A stretch of 63,958 nt of DNA, filler included, from Vicugna vicugna (lineage: Eukaryota): NCBI GenBank assembly GCA_013265495.1. It is 78 parts of 76 records of this genome, joined end to end, with 100 filler letters (N's around TTAATTAATTAA, not from the genome) between each part and the next. Parts side by side here need not be neighbours in the genome. Positions count along the whole stretch, not along the records: positions 38,472 to 39,623 come from MU058727.1; positions 39,724 to 40,080 come from PNXW01005896.1; positions 40,181 to 40,855 come from MU058729.1; positions 40,956 to 41,426 come from PNXW01005907.1; positions 41,527 to 42,538 come from MU058732.1; positions 42,639 to 43,201 come from PNXW01005911.1; positions 43,302 to 44,544 come from MU058734.1; positions 44,645 to 45,151 come from MU058736.1; 70 more parts are not named here. The stretch is one strand, 5' to 3'. Position 1 is the first letter of the stretch, and each line of letters opens with the position of its first letter. Under the pieces are notes generated by a model. That model was given only the letters and a program-made list of their open reading frames with translations, searched no databases and was not told the origin of the DNA. Below are positions 38,472-51,097 of this stretch, piece by piece. A program made the position numbers and the translations under genes.

Positions 38472-39623
38472 ATTTCTGAGTTGTGTACATGCGCCTGACT
38501 GATGTTTCAACCACCAAACATGTTACCAATGCACTTATATATAATTATTTTGACTTTGTAATTTCTGCCTATCACCAGTTTCAAGAATCACACTTTGATC
38601 CCCAAAAAATCCTCTTCGAGCCAAATTTTCCCTAGAGATATGTATTTTGAATAGATTCCATCTACATGATATTCCGTGTTCCGTACATTCTACATACATG
38701 ACGGATTTGACAAACATGCATTTTGAGTTGAGAGCATGTAGATTACTAATCTTTCATCCTCTATAAAAGGAATANNNNNNNNNNNNNNNNNNNNNNNNNN
38801 NNNNNNNNNNNNNNNNNNNNNNNNNNNNNNNNNNNNNNNNNNNNNNNNNNNNNNNNNNNNNNNNNNNNNNNNNNNNNNNNNNNNNNNNNNNNNNNNNNNN
38901 NNNNNNNNNNNNNNNNNNNNNNNNNNNNNNNNNNNNNNNNNNNNNNNNNNNNNNNNNNNNNNNNNNNNNNNNNNNNNNNNNNNNNNNNNNNNNNNNNNNN
39001 NNNNNNNNNNNNNNNNNNNNNNNNNNNNNNNNNNNNNNNNNNNNNNNNNNNNNNNNNNNNNNNNNNNNNNNNNNNNNNNNNNNNNNNNNNNNNNNNNNNN
39101 NNNNNNNNNNNNNNNNNNNNNNNNNNNNNNNNNNNNNNNNNNNNNNNNNNNNNNNNNNNNNNNNNNNNNNNNNNNNNNNNNNNNNNNNNNNNNNNNNNNN
39201 NNNNNNNNNNNNNNNNNNNNNNNNNNNNNNNNNNNNNNNNNNNNNNNNNNNNNNNNNNNNNNNNNNNNNNNNNNNNNNNNNNNNNNNNNNNNNNNNNNNN
39301 NNNNCTTCTTTCTATCATCAGTTTCAAGAATCACACTTTGATCCCAGAAAAACCCTCTTGGAGCGAATTCTACCCTAGAGATATGTAATTTGAATAGATT
39401 CCATCTACATGAAATTCCGTGTTCATTACTTGCTACATACATGATGGATTTGACAAACATGCATTCCTGAGTTGAGAGCATGTGTATTACTAATCTTTCA
39501 TCCTCTGTAGAAGGAATATTATCATCTAGACTCGTGTACATATTTTCACAAGCTTCCCTAAATCCCGTTTCGAATTAGTGCTTTTTTCACAGAAAAATAT
39601 TTCTGGACCGATTTCAACCTAAC
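38472..39623. repeat. Satellite D, reverse orientation
   Basis: ATCA(C/T)CAGTTTCAAGAATCACACTTTG at 38571 and 39314 (743 bp, across a sized gap). Confidence 0.93.
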
Positions 39624-39723
39624 NNNNNNNNNNNNNNNNNNNNNNNNNNNNNNNNNNNNNNNNNNNNTTAATTAATTAANNNNNNNNNNNNNNNNNNNNN
39701 NNNNNNNNNNNNNNNNNNNNNNN

Positions 39724-40080
39724 GATGGGTGGGTGGGTGGATGGATGGTGGGATGGATGGATGGATGGGTGGGTGTATGGATGGTTAGATGGATGGATGG
39801 ATGGGTGGGTGGATGGATGGTTAGATGGATGGATGGATGGTTAGATGGATGGGTGGATGGTTAGATGGATGGATGGGTGGCTGGCTGGATGGATGGGTGG
39901 GTGGATGGATGGTTAGATGGATGGATGGGTGGGTGGGTGGATGGATGGTTGGATGGTTAGATGAATGGGTGGTGGATGGTTAGATGGATGGATGGGTGGG
40001 TGGGTGGATGGATGGTTGGATGGTTAGATGAATGAATGGATGGTTAGATGGATGGATGGATGGTTAGATGGATGGATGGG
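39724..40080. repeat. (GGAT)n/(GGGT)n microsatellite with GGTTAGAT interruptions
   Basis: Directly visible simple repeat. Confidence 0.97.
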
Positions 40081-40180
40081 NNNNNNNNNNNNNNNNNNNN
40101 NNNNNNNNNNNNNNNNNNNNNNNNTTAATTAATTAANNNNNNNNNNNNNNNNNNNNNNNNNNNNNNNNNNNNNNNNNNNN

Positions 40181-40855
40181 AAAGCCGTTCTTCACCTTGC
40201 TTGAAGGGAACACAAAGTTTCTTTTGAGTTCCAAACCCCACATCATACATATATATGGGGAGGTACAAGCTCCAACTCGGTGTTACAGTGCAAACCGCAG
40301 GACCTTCAAACCGGCACTAGGAAACAGACTGAAAAACCAGAGTAAGTGTTTCTCCTGCAACCAGTTCCCCTTGTGCTGGATGAACGAACGTCTCTCCACA
40401 TGCTCAGTTCTGAGAGATAANNNNNNNNNNNNNNNNNNNNNNNNNNNNNNNNNNNNNNTTGTCAGTTGCAACTCCACACCATACATATATATGGGGAGGT
40501 AAAAGCTGCAACTCGGTTTTACAGAGCAAACTGCAGGAAGTACAAACAGGCACTAGGAAACAGACTGAGAAACCAGAGTAAGGGTTTCTCCTGCAACCCG
40601 TTCCCTTTGTGCTGGATGAACGAACGTCTCTACACATGCTCTGTTCTGAGGGATAAGTGGGTGTTAAAGCCGTCCTTCTCCTAACTTGAAGGGAACACAA
40701 AGTTTCTTTTCATTTGCAAATTCCACACCATACATATATATGGGGAGGTTCAAGCTCCAACTCGGTTTTACAGTGCAAACCGCAGGAACTTCAAGCCGGC
40801 ACAAGGAAATAGATTGAGAAACCAGAGAAATTGTTTCACCTGCATCCCGTTCCCT
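40181..40855. repeat. Satellite C
   Basis: Tandem copies of the C monomer. Confidence 0.94.
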
Positions 40856-40955
40856 NNNNNNNNNNNNNNNNNNNNNNNNNNNNNNNNNNNNNNNNNNNNT
40901 TAATTAATTAANNNNNNNNNNNNNNNNNNNNNNNNNNNNNNNNNNNNNNNNNNNN

Positions 40956-41426
40956 TCTCGAGATCCCCCACGCACTGAGAATGGTTCCGGAATCCTGAGC
41001 ATGTGGAGGTTCCACCAGCTGTCGGCAGCGCGTGGGTTCAAACGGAAAGCCTAAGCTCGTCTCCCCTGAGGGTTTTCCTAATGTCACTATGCCAGGAAAT
41101 TCGAGGGGGTTTTGCATTATATCCCAGTGACAGAGGCTGCCTCCCCAACGTCTGGGAAGATTTTTCTCAGATTTCCCCGAACAGGGAACCCCTGTGACTG
41201 AAGAGAGCTGCGTGGATTTGTCTCTCGAGCTCCCCCACGCACTGACAATGGTTCCGGAATCCTGAGCGAGGGGAGGTTCCACCAATGGTCGGCAGCGCTT
41301 GGGTTCTAACGGAAAGCCTAAGCTCGTCTCCCCTGAGGGTTTTCGTAAAGTCACTATGCCAGGGAATGCAAGGGGGTTTTTCAGGATATCCCAGTGACAG
41401 AGGCTGCATCCCCAATGTCAGGGAAG
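40956..41426. repeat. Satellite A
   Basis: Two tandem monomers, same orientation as 1042-1819. Confidence 0.94.
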
Positions 41427-41699
41427 NNNNNNNNNNNNNNNNNNNNNNNNNNNNNNNNNNNNNNNNNNNNTTAATTAATTAANNNNNNNNNNNNNNNNNN
41501 NNNNNNNNNNNNNNNNNNNNNNNNNNGGAGGGAGCAGGTCAAACTCCTCTTTTTATAAATGGAAAAAAATGTGGTTCAGCTACCAGTAGAAAGTGACATT
41601 TCTCTTTTACAATGTAATAAGCTTCTAATAATCCCCATTATGAATAGTTCCCATTGTTTACAACTGAAGATGGGGGTCAAAGCTTATGTTGGTGAAAGA

Positions 41700-41940
41700 C
41701 TGTACATTCAGAGATGAAAGCTGAAACTTAGACAAAATTAGATGTTCATAATGNNNNNNNNNNNNNNNNNNNNNNNNNNNNNNNNNNNNNNNNNNNNNNN
41801 NNNNNNNNNNNNNNNNNNNNNNNNNNNNNNNNNNNNNNNNNNNNNNNNNNNNNNNNNNNNNNNNNNNAAATTGCCAAAAGTAAATTTTCATTGGAACATT
41901 CTTGTTGAAAAATTGAAGATGAAGACTCATTTCATTTGAT
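41700..41940. repeat. Repeated AT-rich segment (family G), homologous to 48931-49145
   Basis: gatgaaagctgaaacttagacaaaatt and ttggaacattcttgttgaaaaattgaa match the reverse complement of 48931-49145. Confidence 0.85.
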
Positions 41941-42031
41941 CGTTCTTCCTTATTTAAAATTTTTTATTTTTATTTTTTTTAGTTTTTTAATTGAAGCGTT
42001 TAAATTTAATTGCGAATGCATGCTCCATGTT

Positions 42032-42285
42032 TAGAGAGGCCAGCGTTGTGGTAGTGAGAGGTTGGGAATGAAGTTGCCTAAATTCATATTTGAAGACAAC
42101 AGCTTGCTTCCTGAGTGATCTTGGACAACTTAATTCTCTGTGCCATTGTTTTCTATAAAATAAGAATAAGAGAGTTGCTTCTTCGTGACTGTGGTAAGGA
42201 CGTGTCGAACTAATGTGCAGAATCTACTTGGAAGACTTCCTGGCACAGAGGAATGGCCATGTACTTAGTTACAGCTATTATTATA
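42032..42285 (+). mobile_element. MIR SINE
   Basis: gtgatcttggacaacttaattctctgtgcc...ctataaaat...cctggcacagag...gctattatt. Confidence 0.75.
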
Positions 42286-42638
42286 CTATATCTGCTTTTA
42301 TGATCCAGGTAAATCTTGAGTGTTACTGATTTCATCTCTAAAAATAATATCTAAATATACACTCTAAAATGGAAACTCTAAAACTTCATAGTTGTAGCTA
42401 ATTAACACATAAAGCTCAACCAAGATACACACAGTGGAGACCAGTTAGCTGCACACATCTCTGAAACTTCCTGTCCTGCACGGACTCTAAGCGGTCACTA
42501 CCGTCACTTCTGAAATCTATGGCAAGCTCATGAATAGANNNNNNNNNNNNNNNNNNNNNNNNNNNNNNNNNNNNNNNNNNNNTTAATTAATTAANNNNNN
42601 NNNNNNNNNNNNNNNNNNNNNNNNNNNNNNNNNNNNNN

Positions 42639-43201
42639 AAGTGTGTGTGAAAGCCGTCCTTCACCTAGCTTTAAGGGAACCCAGAGTTTCTTTTGAGTTG
42701 CAAACTCCACTCCATACTTATACATGCGGAGGTACAATCTCCAACTCGGTTTTACAGTGAAAACGGCAGGCACTTCAAACCGACACTAGGAAACCGACTG
42801 AGAAACCAGAGCAAGTGTTTCTCCTGCAACCCGTTCCTTTTTGCTGGATGAACGAACGTCTCTCCACATGCTCAGTTCTGAGAGAGAAGTGTGTGTGAAA
42901 GCCGTCCTTCACCTGGCTTGAAGGGAACACATAGTTTCTTTTCAGTTGCAAACTCCACTCCATATATATATAAGGGGAGGTAAAAGCTCCAACTCAATTT
43001 TACAGTGAAAAAGGCTGGCACATCAAACCGGCACTAGGAAACTGACTGAGAAACCAGAGTAAGTGTTTCTCCTGCAACCCGTTCCCTTTGTGCTGGATGA
43101 ATGAACGTCTCTACATATGCTCAGTTCTGAGTGAGAACTGTGTGTAAAAACCGTCTTTCACCTAGCTTGAAGAGAACACAGAGTTTCTTTTCAGTTGCAA
43201 A
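42639..43201. repeat. Satellite C
   Basis: AAGTGTGTGTGAAAGCCGTCC at 42639 and 42887 (period 248). Confidence 0.95.
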
Positions 43202-43301
43202 NNNNNNNNNNNNNNNNNNNNNNNNNNNNNNNNNNNNNNNNNNNNTTAATTAATTAANNNNNNNNNNNNNNNNNNNNNNNNNNNNNNNNNNNNNNNNNNN
43301 N

Positions 43302-44544
43302 ACAAGTTCCTTAAAATGCAGATTAAGAAATAAAACCTTCCTTACTTATCTATCAAGCTGTACAGCTAATTGTCAAGAAATTGAGGGGAAATCCTCAGAA
43401 GCCAAGACAAACGAGAAAGCAGGGAGTCTGGGAGATACGTAAGCCTTAGAAGCCCTGGGGTGCCAGTTGGCTTCTGAACTGAATTTCAGTTGCCTTGACA
43501 GGACTGCAGGAGGGGAGCCCCAGGCCTCTCACACTGGGAGTTAGATGGCTGATCATATTATCGGCCAAGCCCTTACCGAGAATCTTGGTTTACTAAAGGG
43601 TGAAATAGGAAAAAAATAATTCCTCAAGGCAAGAAAGTAAGGGAAGTCAATTAAGTTGGAAGAGGGAAAAAATAAGAAATCCAAAGTAAGCATTTAGTTT
43701 AAAGCTGTTCTGCCATGAGAGTGACCCCAGCCTCCTGGCAGAAAAGCAGAGCTACTCCTTGATTGAGAAGTTGTGTTATGAATGAATCAGTGAACAAGCA
43801 TTCCCAAAAAGGCCTCCAGAGACTAGTGGATCAAGTTAATGGACCGCAAACACCTCTCTTCCAAGGTCTCATTTAAATAACCAGAAAGGATTTAAAGGAA
43901 AGTAGCCATAATCATAGTTCTATTTATTGACATTACTATATGCTAGGAATTCAGAGGTGACTATGTAGTTGTCTCCTGTTTTATGGACTTTACTTTCTTT
44001 TTTGGGAGACAAAGTGACATAGTTGGGTAGCTTGGTGGAGGGAGGTATTAGTCTGTTGCAATTAGCCAGGAGANNNNNNNNNNNNNNNNNNNNNNNNNNN
44101 NNNNNNNNNNNNNNNNNNNNNNNNNNNNNNNNNNNNNNNNNNNNNNNNNNNNNNNNNNNNNNNNNNNNNNNNNNNNNNNNNNNNNNNNNNNNNNNNNNNN
44201 NNNNNNNNNNNNNNNNNNNNNNNNNNNNNNNNNNNNNNNNNNNNNNNNNNNNNNNNNNNNNNNNNNNNNNNNNNNNNNNNNNNNNNNNNNNNNNNNNNNN
44301 NNNNNNNNNNNNNNNNNNNNNNNNNNNNNNNNNNNNNNTCCCTGAGCCAAAGATAGGACAAGTAGGCAGCACTTCTTGAGGACAGAGGAGTGGTTTTTAA
44401 GGTTCTCCAAGAATGAATCCCAGGGAACCGGGATGGCCAGTTGTCAAACTGAGACTTTGCTCTTTGAACGGTGTACCCACCAAAGGTATTGGCCTTTTGT
44501 ATGTTTCCATTTCTCTTTAATACATGTCTGTTGATGAGGACATG
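43302..44544. repeat. Multicopy complex segment (family F), copy 1
   Basis: 43618-44544 matches the reverse complements of 59322-60070 and 54699-55120. Confidence 0.88.
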
Positions 44545-44644
44545 NNNNNNNNNNNNNNNNNNNNNNNNNNNNNNNNNNNNNNNNNNNNTTAATTAATTAA
44601 NNNNNNNNNNNNNNNNNNNNNNNNNNNNNNNNNNNNNNNNNNNN

Positions 44645-45151
44645 TATTAGATCCCAGATGCTGCTGTCAGTGGGAGGTGCCTCCCCACACTCAGGATACC
44701 AGATCAATTCTTCATGTGTGTGCTGGAGGTGGGGAAACAGAGTCCACGCATTTTTCAAGGAGCACAGGTATTCCCAGGTTGTGGGATTTTGGTGAAAAAT
44801 TTCCTCTTCCCATGGAGAAGCACTCGCTAATACTTGGATTTACAGCCCAACCCCCAATTTCCCCCGAACNNNNNNNNNNNNNNNNNNNNNNNNNNNNNNN
44901 NNNNNNNNNNNNNNNNNNNNNNNNNNNNNNNNNNNNNNNNNNNNNNNNNNNNGATATCGTGTGTGTGCTGGAGGAGGGAAACTGAGTCCACACATCTTTA
45001 TGGGGGCACAGGTTTTCCCAGGTTGGGGATATACTTTAACCACCTCCCCTGCCAAAAGCTAGGAGCTCGCTAATACTAGGTTTAAGAGCACAACCCAAAA
45101 CTTCGTTCAAAACCCGGCCAAGAAAAATACTCAGGGAAGTCAATCTAATGG
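44645..45151. repeat. Satellite B, opposite orientation
   Basis: gctgctgtc...ctccccacactcaggatacc is the reverse of the B core. Confidence 0.88.
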
Positions 45152-45251
45152 NNNNNNNNNNNNNNNNNNNNNNNNNNNNNNNNNNNNNNNNNNNNTTAAT
45201 TAATTAANNNNNNNNNNNNNNNNNNNNNNNNNNNNNNNNNNNNNNNNNNNN

Positions 45252-45693
45252 CATGTCTAATTTCTGAGTTCTCTATTCTGTGTTCCATATTCTAAATTCT
45301 GTGTTCTACAATCTATATTCTGTAATCAATATTCTGCATTCTCTATTCTACATTCCATATTCTGTGTTCTATATTCTATATTCTAAATTTGATATTCAGT
45401 ATTCTGTATTTTATATTGTAAATTCTGTGTTCTACATGCCATGTTCTAAATTCTGNNNNNNNNNNNNNNNNNNNNNNNNNNNNNNNNNNNNNNNNNNNNN
45501 NNNNNNNNNNNNNNNNNNNNNNNNNNNNNNNNNNNNNNNNNNNNNNNNNNNNNNNNNNNNNNNNNNNNNNNNNNNNNNNNNNNNNNNNNNNNNNNNNNNN
45601 NNNNNNNNNNNNNNNNNNNNNNNNNNNNNNNNNNNNNNNTATTTTCTATATTCTGTATTCTACATTCTATATACTGTGTTCTACATTCTATAT
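45252..45693. repeat. Satellite E
   Basis: (ATATTCT)n-type heptamers. Confidence 0.93.
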
Positions 45694-45906
45694 NNNNNNN
45701 NNNNNNNNNNNNNNNNNNNNNNNNNNNNNNNNNNNNNTTAATTAATTAANNNNNNNNNNNNNNNNNNNNNNNNNNNNNNNNNNNNNNNNNNNNTCGAGTT
45801 TTAAAAAGGAACTTACAAATGAATTCGTGCAAGACACTTCCTCCAGGGGTTGGGTCCAGAGCAGGTGTGGGAGAATGGGATGGTGCACGCTACTCCCTAA
45901 GGCAGA

Positions 45907-45907
<1 letters not shown>

Positions 45908-45938
<31 letters not shown>
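45908..45938. repeat. (TG)n microsatellite
   Basis: About 15 perfect TG units. Confidence 0.95.
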
Positions 45939-45941
<3 letters not shown>

Positions 45942-47171
45942 CATGTGAGTGTGCACAGGGGGATGAGACACACCTGGCTTAAGAAAAAGAGCTAGAAAGT
46001 CTAGAAGCCGAAAGATGAAAGAACATCCAGATCTGGTAGAGGGAACAGGGGAAACACTGTGTACTGTAAGACATATCCCCATACTGCCATTTCCCACCAT
46101 CCTTTCATCAGGAACACAGTTGGAAAGGGGGAATTATGTAGATACGTGTGATGTACACAATCTTTCTGACTATGTAACACTGAATATCTACATATGTAGC
46201 AAGTTAATGATATTTATATCTGCTTCAAGTTTAATAACATGTATCACAACAGAGAGAAAATAAAATATTGATGACTGGTAGAAGCATCATAGAAGGCCTT
46301 TCAATGCTCAGAATGGAAGCAAAAGCAGCTTCAACCCACAAAGAATGTCATTAAGGGTCAAGAATGTTTACATTTTCTTAAGAAATTGAGAGTTACAAAT
46401 TCCTGCTTTAAAGAATTAACTTTAATACAGATACCATACTATAAGCAACGTCTATACTGGAGCTTTCATAAAGCTATTTTTAGTTCCTGTTTGTTCTGAT
46501 GTACTCCAGAAACTCTGCAATGAAATCCTTCTTTTCAAAAGCTTAAAGGAATAAAAAAAGAAATAACAGTGCATTCTTTTAAGTGTTCCCTGTACTGAAA
46601 GTCACTTGCAAATGNNNNNNNNNNNNNNNNNNNNNNNNNNNNNNNNNNNNNNNNNNNNTTAATTAATTAANNNNNNNNNNNNNNNNNNNNNNNNNNNNNN
46701 NNNNNNNNNNNNNNTGGTTCCGTAGCCGGGACCCTCCACACCTCTGCTCCTCTCTCTCCTAAGGCCCCGCTTCAAAGCCCCCAGGCTCCCTGACCTTCTG
46801 TCCTTCTCTTCTACTCTACTCCAAGCCCTTTTCCTCTTCCTTTATTCCCTGATTATCCCCAGCTGGAGTGATTTTTCCATCACAGTATCTGAAATAATTT
46901 CCTGCTGCTGGAAAAGAGGTCTCCAGAGGTCAGTGCGCATATGGCGGTTCCTGAAGAGAGCCCATGGTTAGGGGCACTCACCAACACTCACGGGGCATCA
47001 GGCATGTTGCAGGGTTGACCACCCCCAACAAGAGTTTGCTGTGACCCCAAGGCACGCACAGCATACCTGCTCACAAAACTGTAGTTGGCCCAGTCATCCG
47101 TTATTAAGAAGCAAAAACAAAAAAATTTCTCATATTTCTTACTAAAATCATTTATGAGGTGTAAAAAGAAA

Positions 47172-47401
47172 TTGTAATAGAAAAGAATAAATTTGACTCC
47201 ATGTTAGATGTGTTCATTTGGCTTTATACATGTACCCTGTTTGCTATCTCTGCAGCTTTTGTAAAAGAAAGTTGCCTTTAGCCTGAAATATCCAGGAGGG
47301 CCTATTCTTGAAGGATGTTAGCTCTTCTACATTTATGTACAGATGGCAAATTGCAAAATAGAAAATAACCTTTGTTTTTTTGGAGGTTTTACGGGGGCAC
47401 C
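47172..47401 (+). mobile_element. Possible ERV1 LTR 5' portion
   Basis: Starts tgtaatagaaaagaataaatttgactccatgttaga, an LTR-like start; family not identified. Confidence 0.4.
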
Positions 47402-48930
47402 NNNNNNNNNNNNNNNNNNNNNNNNNNNNNNNNNNNNNNNNNNNNTTAATTAATTAANNNNNNNNNNNNNNNNNNNNNNNNNNNNNNNNNNNNNNNNNNN
47501 NTTCTAATACTTTGGAGATATGATCTTTTAATCTAGAATCATGTGACTGAAGAATCTTTTATATCTTTCAGTAGATTTAACTTTTATTTATTTGATAGTT
47601 CCTACTATCCTTTTGTTAGGCTATTCTTAGACATTTTACCTTGGCTGTTACTTTTGGAAAATTTTAGAATTCTTCATGCCTCCATCTGGTCTCTTAATCA
47701 AACCCTGGAGAATCCTAAACCACTGATCTGATTTGAATAAATGAGGTGAAAAGAATTGGGGGAAGCACTGTGAGCAGAAGAGACTGTGGAACCTCCAGAG
47801 TGGCACCCTGCGTTGGCTCAGATGTTCTCTGGAAAAAGTTTTCTCTATGAGACTACATAGTTCCCATCTTGACTTTCAGTTTTCTCAGCATTTCACATTA
47901 TCTTTTAAAAAGTCTGTGGCAGGTTCTTACCCAGAAAAAGAACACTTGCACAAATGGTTATATGTATACATTTTCCCCAGTTGGTAAAAGGAACACGCTC
48001 TTCTTCCTAATTAAAAAACAAGTTTAGTCAATCAAGGGATTACACCAATGAAATGATTTTTCTCCTAACTGGTCACTAAATCCTAAACATAATTTAAAAA
48101 AANNNNNNNNNNNNNNNNNNNNNNNNNNNNNNNNNNNNNNNNNNNNNNNNNNNNNNNNNNNNNNNNNNNNNNNNNNNNNNNNNNNNNNNNNNNNNNNNNN
48201 NNNNNNNNNNNNNNNNNNNNNNNNNNNNNNNNNNNNNNNNNNNNNNNNNNNNNNNNNNNNNNNNNNNNNNNNNNNNNNNNNNNNNNNNNNNNNNNNNNNN
48301 NNNNNNNNNNNNNNNNNNNNNNNNNNNNNNNNNNNNNNNNNNNNNNNNNNNNNNNNNNNNNNNNNNNNNNNNNNNNNNNNNNNNNNNNNNNNNNNNNNNN
48401 NNNNNNNNNNNNNNNNNNNNNNNNNNNNNNNNNNNNNNNNNNNNNNNNNNNNNNNNNNNNNNNNNNNNNNNNNNNNNNNNNNNNNNNNNNNNNNNNNNNN
48501 NNNNNNNNNNNNNNNNNNNNNNNNNNNNNNNNNNNNNNNNNNNNNNNNNNNNNNNNNNNNNNNNNNNNNNNNNNNNNNNNNNNNNNNNNNNNNNNNNNNN
48601 NNNNNNNNNNNNNNNNNNNNNNNNNNNNNNNNNNNNNNNNNNNNNNNNNNNNNNNNNNNNNNNNNNNNNNNNNNNNNNNNNNNNNNNNNNNNNNNNNNNN
48701 NNNNNNNNNNNNNNNNNNNNNNNNNNNNNNNNNNNNNNNNNNNNNNNNNNNNNNNNNNNNNNNNNNNNNNNNNNNNNNNNNNNNNNNNNNNNNNNNNNNN
48801 NNNNNNNNNNNNNNNNNNNNNNNNNNNNNNNNNNNNNNNNNNNNNNNNNNNNNNNNNNNNNNNNNNNNNNNNNNNNNNNNNNNNNNNNNNNNNNNNNNNN
48901 NNNNNNNNNNNNNNNNNNNNNNNNNNNNNN

Positions 48931-49145
48931 AAGTGAAATGAGTCTTCATTTTCAATTTTTCAACAAGAATGTTCCAATGAAAATTTACACTTATTAGTTG
49001 GCAATTTTAAATTTAAAATTGTCAGTTTAAGTGACCAAAAACTTTTCTTCAGTATTTTTTGTATGCTGCCAATATGATGCGCTTTTGTTTCTCAGGGCTC
49101 AAAACATTATGAACATATAATTTTGTCTAAGTTTCAACTTTCATC
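48931..49145. repeat. Family G copy (reverse of 41700-41940)
   Basis: Direct comparison of the two fragments. Confidence 0.85.
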
Positions 49146-49549
49146 NNNNNNNNNNNNNNNNNNNNNNNNNNNNNNNNNNNNNNNNNNNNTTAATTAATTA
49201 ANNNNNNNNNNNNNNNNNNNNNNNNNNNNNNNNNNNNNNNNNNNNGTGATAGGAGCGTTTCCTTCATTCAAGCTGCTCTAATTAGAATTCATCCCTGGGG
49301 ATGCGGACTCAGTGGGGACTCAGTAAACGGATGAAGCCGGGAGGTGAAAGGCTCGGGGCGCTGTGTGGTCATGCTTGTAGCCAGAAGGAGGTCGGTCTGA
49401 GAGGATGAGGCTGGCCCCTGGAGGGAATGTGACAGGGAGTCTGGCCACGTGCAGCCCTCGATTCCATTCTCCCGGAGACCACGCTGCAGCTTGCTGCTTC
49501 CCGTGGACGGATTCCTCCCTTTGCCTGACCTTGCTGGGTTCCTTCTACT

Positions 49550-49716
49550 TGTCTCTTAGTTCAGGTTGCTCCTAAAAGCACACCCTGAGACAAAGATTCA
49601 GGAGCAAGTGCTTTATTTTGGAGGGGATCCTAGGGAACAAGGGTAGGGGAGTGGGGACGTGAGACAAGCAGGGAAGGGAAGGCAGCGGGCAAAGATCTCT
49701 CCAGGCGAGCTGCACT
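49550..49716 (-). mobile_element. ERVL LTR (LTR33/LTR41/LTR16-like)
   Basis: tgtctcttagttcagg...accctgagacaaagattc...gcaagtgctttattttggaggggatcctaggg. Confidence 0.7.
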
Positions 49717-50633
49717 NNNNNNNNNNNNNNNNNNNNNNNNNNNNNNNNNNNNNNNNNNNNTTAATTAATTAANNNNNNNNNNNNNNNNNNNNNNNNNNNN
49801 NNNNNNNNNNNNNNNNTTTAGAAAAATCCACATTGATCATTTTCAGAGAATAAGCTTCTCTATTTAGTGATTAAAGAAAACTTTGATTTTTTTTCTGCAC
49901 TCTTAACAGGTTTTAAAATATAAAATTTTTATTTGACATGTCACTTTTTTAATAGAGAGAATAAAGCTCATGCTGTTTTAATATGTAAATAAATGTTTTT
50001 GTATTTCAACAAACGTGTTATTTCCTGGCTCTTTGAGAAATATTTTGCAAGATACTTAGATTACCTACTGTTGGAAAAATACAGACGTGACTTTTATNNN
50101 NNNNNNNNNNNNNNNNNNNNNNNNNNNNNNNNNNNNNNNNNNNNNNNNNNNNNNNNNNNNNNNNNNNNNNNNNNNNNNNNNNNNNNNNNNNNNNNNNNNN
50201 NNNNNNNNNNNNNNNNNNNNNNNNNNNNNNNNNNNNNNNNNNNNNNNNNNNNNNNNNNNNNNNNNNNNNNNNNNNNNNNNNNNNNNNNNNNNNNNNNNNN
50301 NNNNNNNNNNNNNNNNNNNNNNNNNNNNNNNNNNNNNNNNNNNNNNNNNNNNNNNNNNNNNNNNNNNNNNNNNNNNNNNNNNNNNNNNNNNNNNNNNNNN
50401 NNNNNNNNNNNNNNNNNNNNNNNNNNNNNNNNNNNNNNNNNNNNNNNNNNNNNNNNNNNNNNNNNNNNNNNNNTTGCACCTTTTTACTGTCTTAATTTTC
50501 CTGTTTGTAAAAGAAGGCTTAAACAACGTTATTNNNNNNNNNNNNNNNNNNNNNNNNNNNNNNNNNNNNNNNNNNNNTTAATTAATTAANNNNNNNNNNN
50601 NNNNNNNNNNNNNNNNNNNNNNNNNNNNNNNNN

Positions 50634-51097
50634 TGATTGCCAAATCCGTCATACATGTAGCAGGTACGGAAACCTGAAAGCCAAGTTGTTGGAATTCATG
50701 TAAATTAAATATCTGTTAGGTTGAAATCGCTCCAGAACACTTTTTCTGTGAAAACAGCACGAATTCGAAACTGGTTTTAGGGAAAGCTTTTGAAAATGTG
50801 TACACGAGTCTAGATGATAATATTCCTTTTATAGAGGATGAAAGATTAGTAATCCACGTGAAACTCAAGAATGCATGTTTGTCAAATCCGTAATGTATGT
50901 AGCATGTAATGAACACGGAATATCATGTAGATTTGAATCTATTCAAATTACATATCTCTAGGGTAGAATTCTCCCCAAGATGGTTTTTCTGGGATCAAAG
51001 TTTGATTCTTGAAACTGGTGATAGGAAAAATCTACTAAGTCAAAGTAAATAATTAAGAGTGCATAGGTAACTAGTTTGGTGGTTGAAACATCAGTCA
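50634..51097. repeat. Satellite D
   Basis: Colinear with 57650-58110. Confidence 0.93.

Noticed and set aside
39724..40080. GGTTAG units as a telomeric repeat
   Set aside because: They are GGTTAGAT interruptions of (GGAT)n, not tandem TTAGGG.
40254..40281. Short similarity of C to A/B (TGGGGAGGT...CCAAC) implying one origin for all four satellites
   Set aside because: Only short gapped motifs; I could not extend the alignment by eye.
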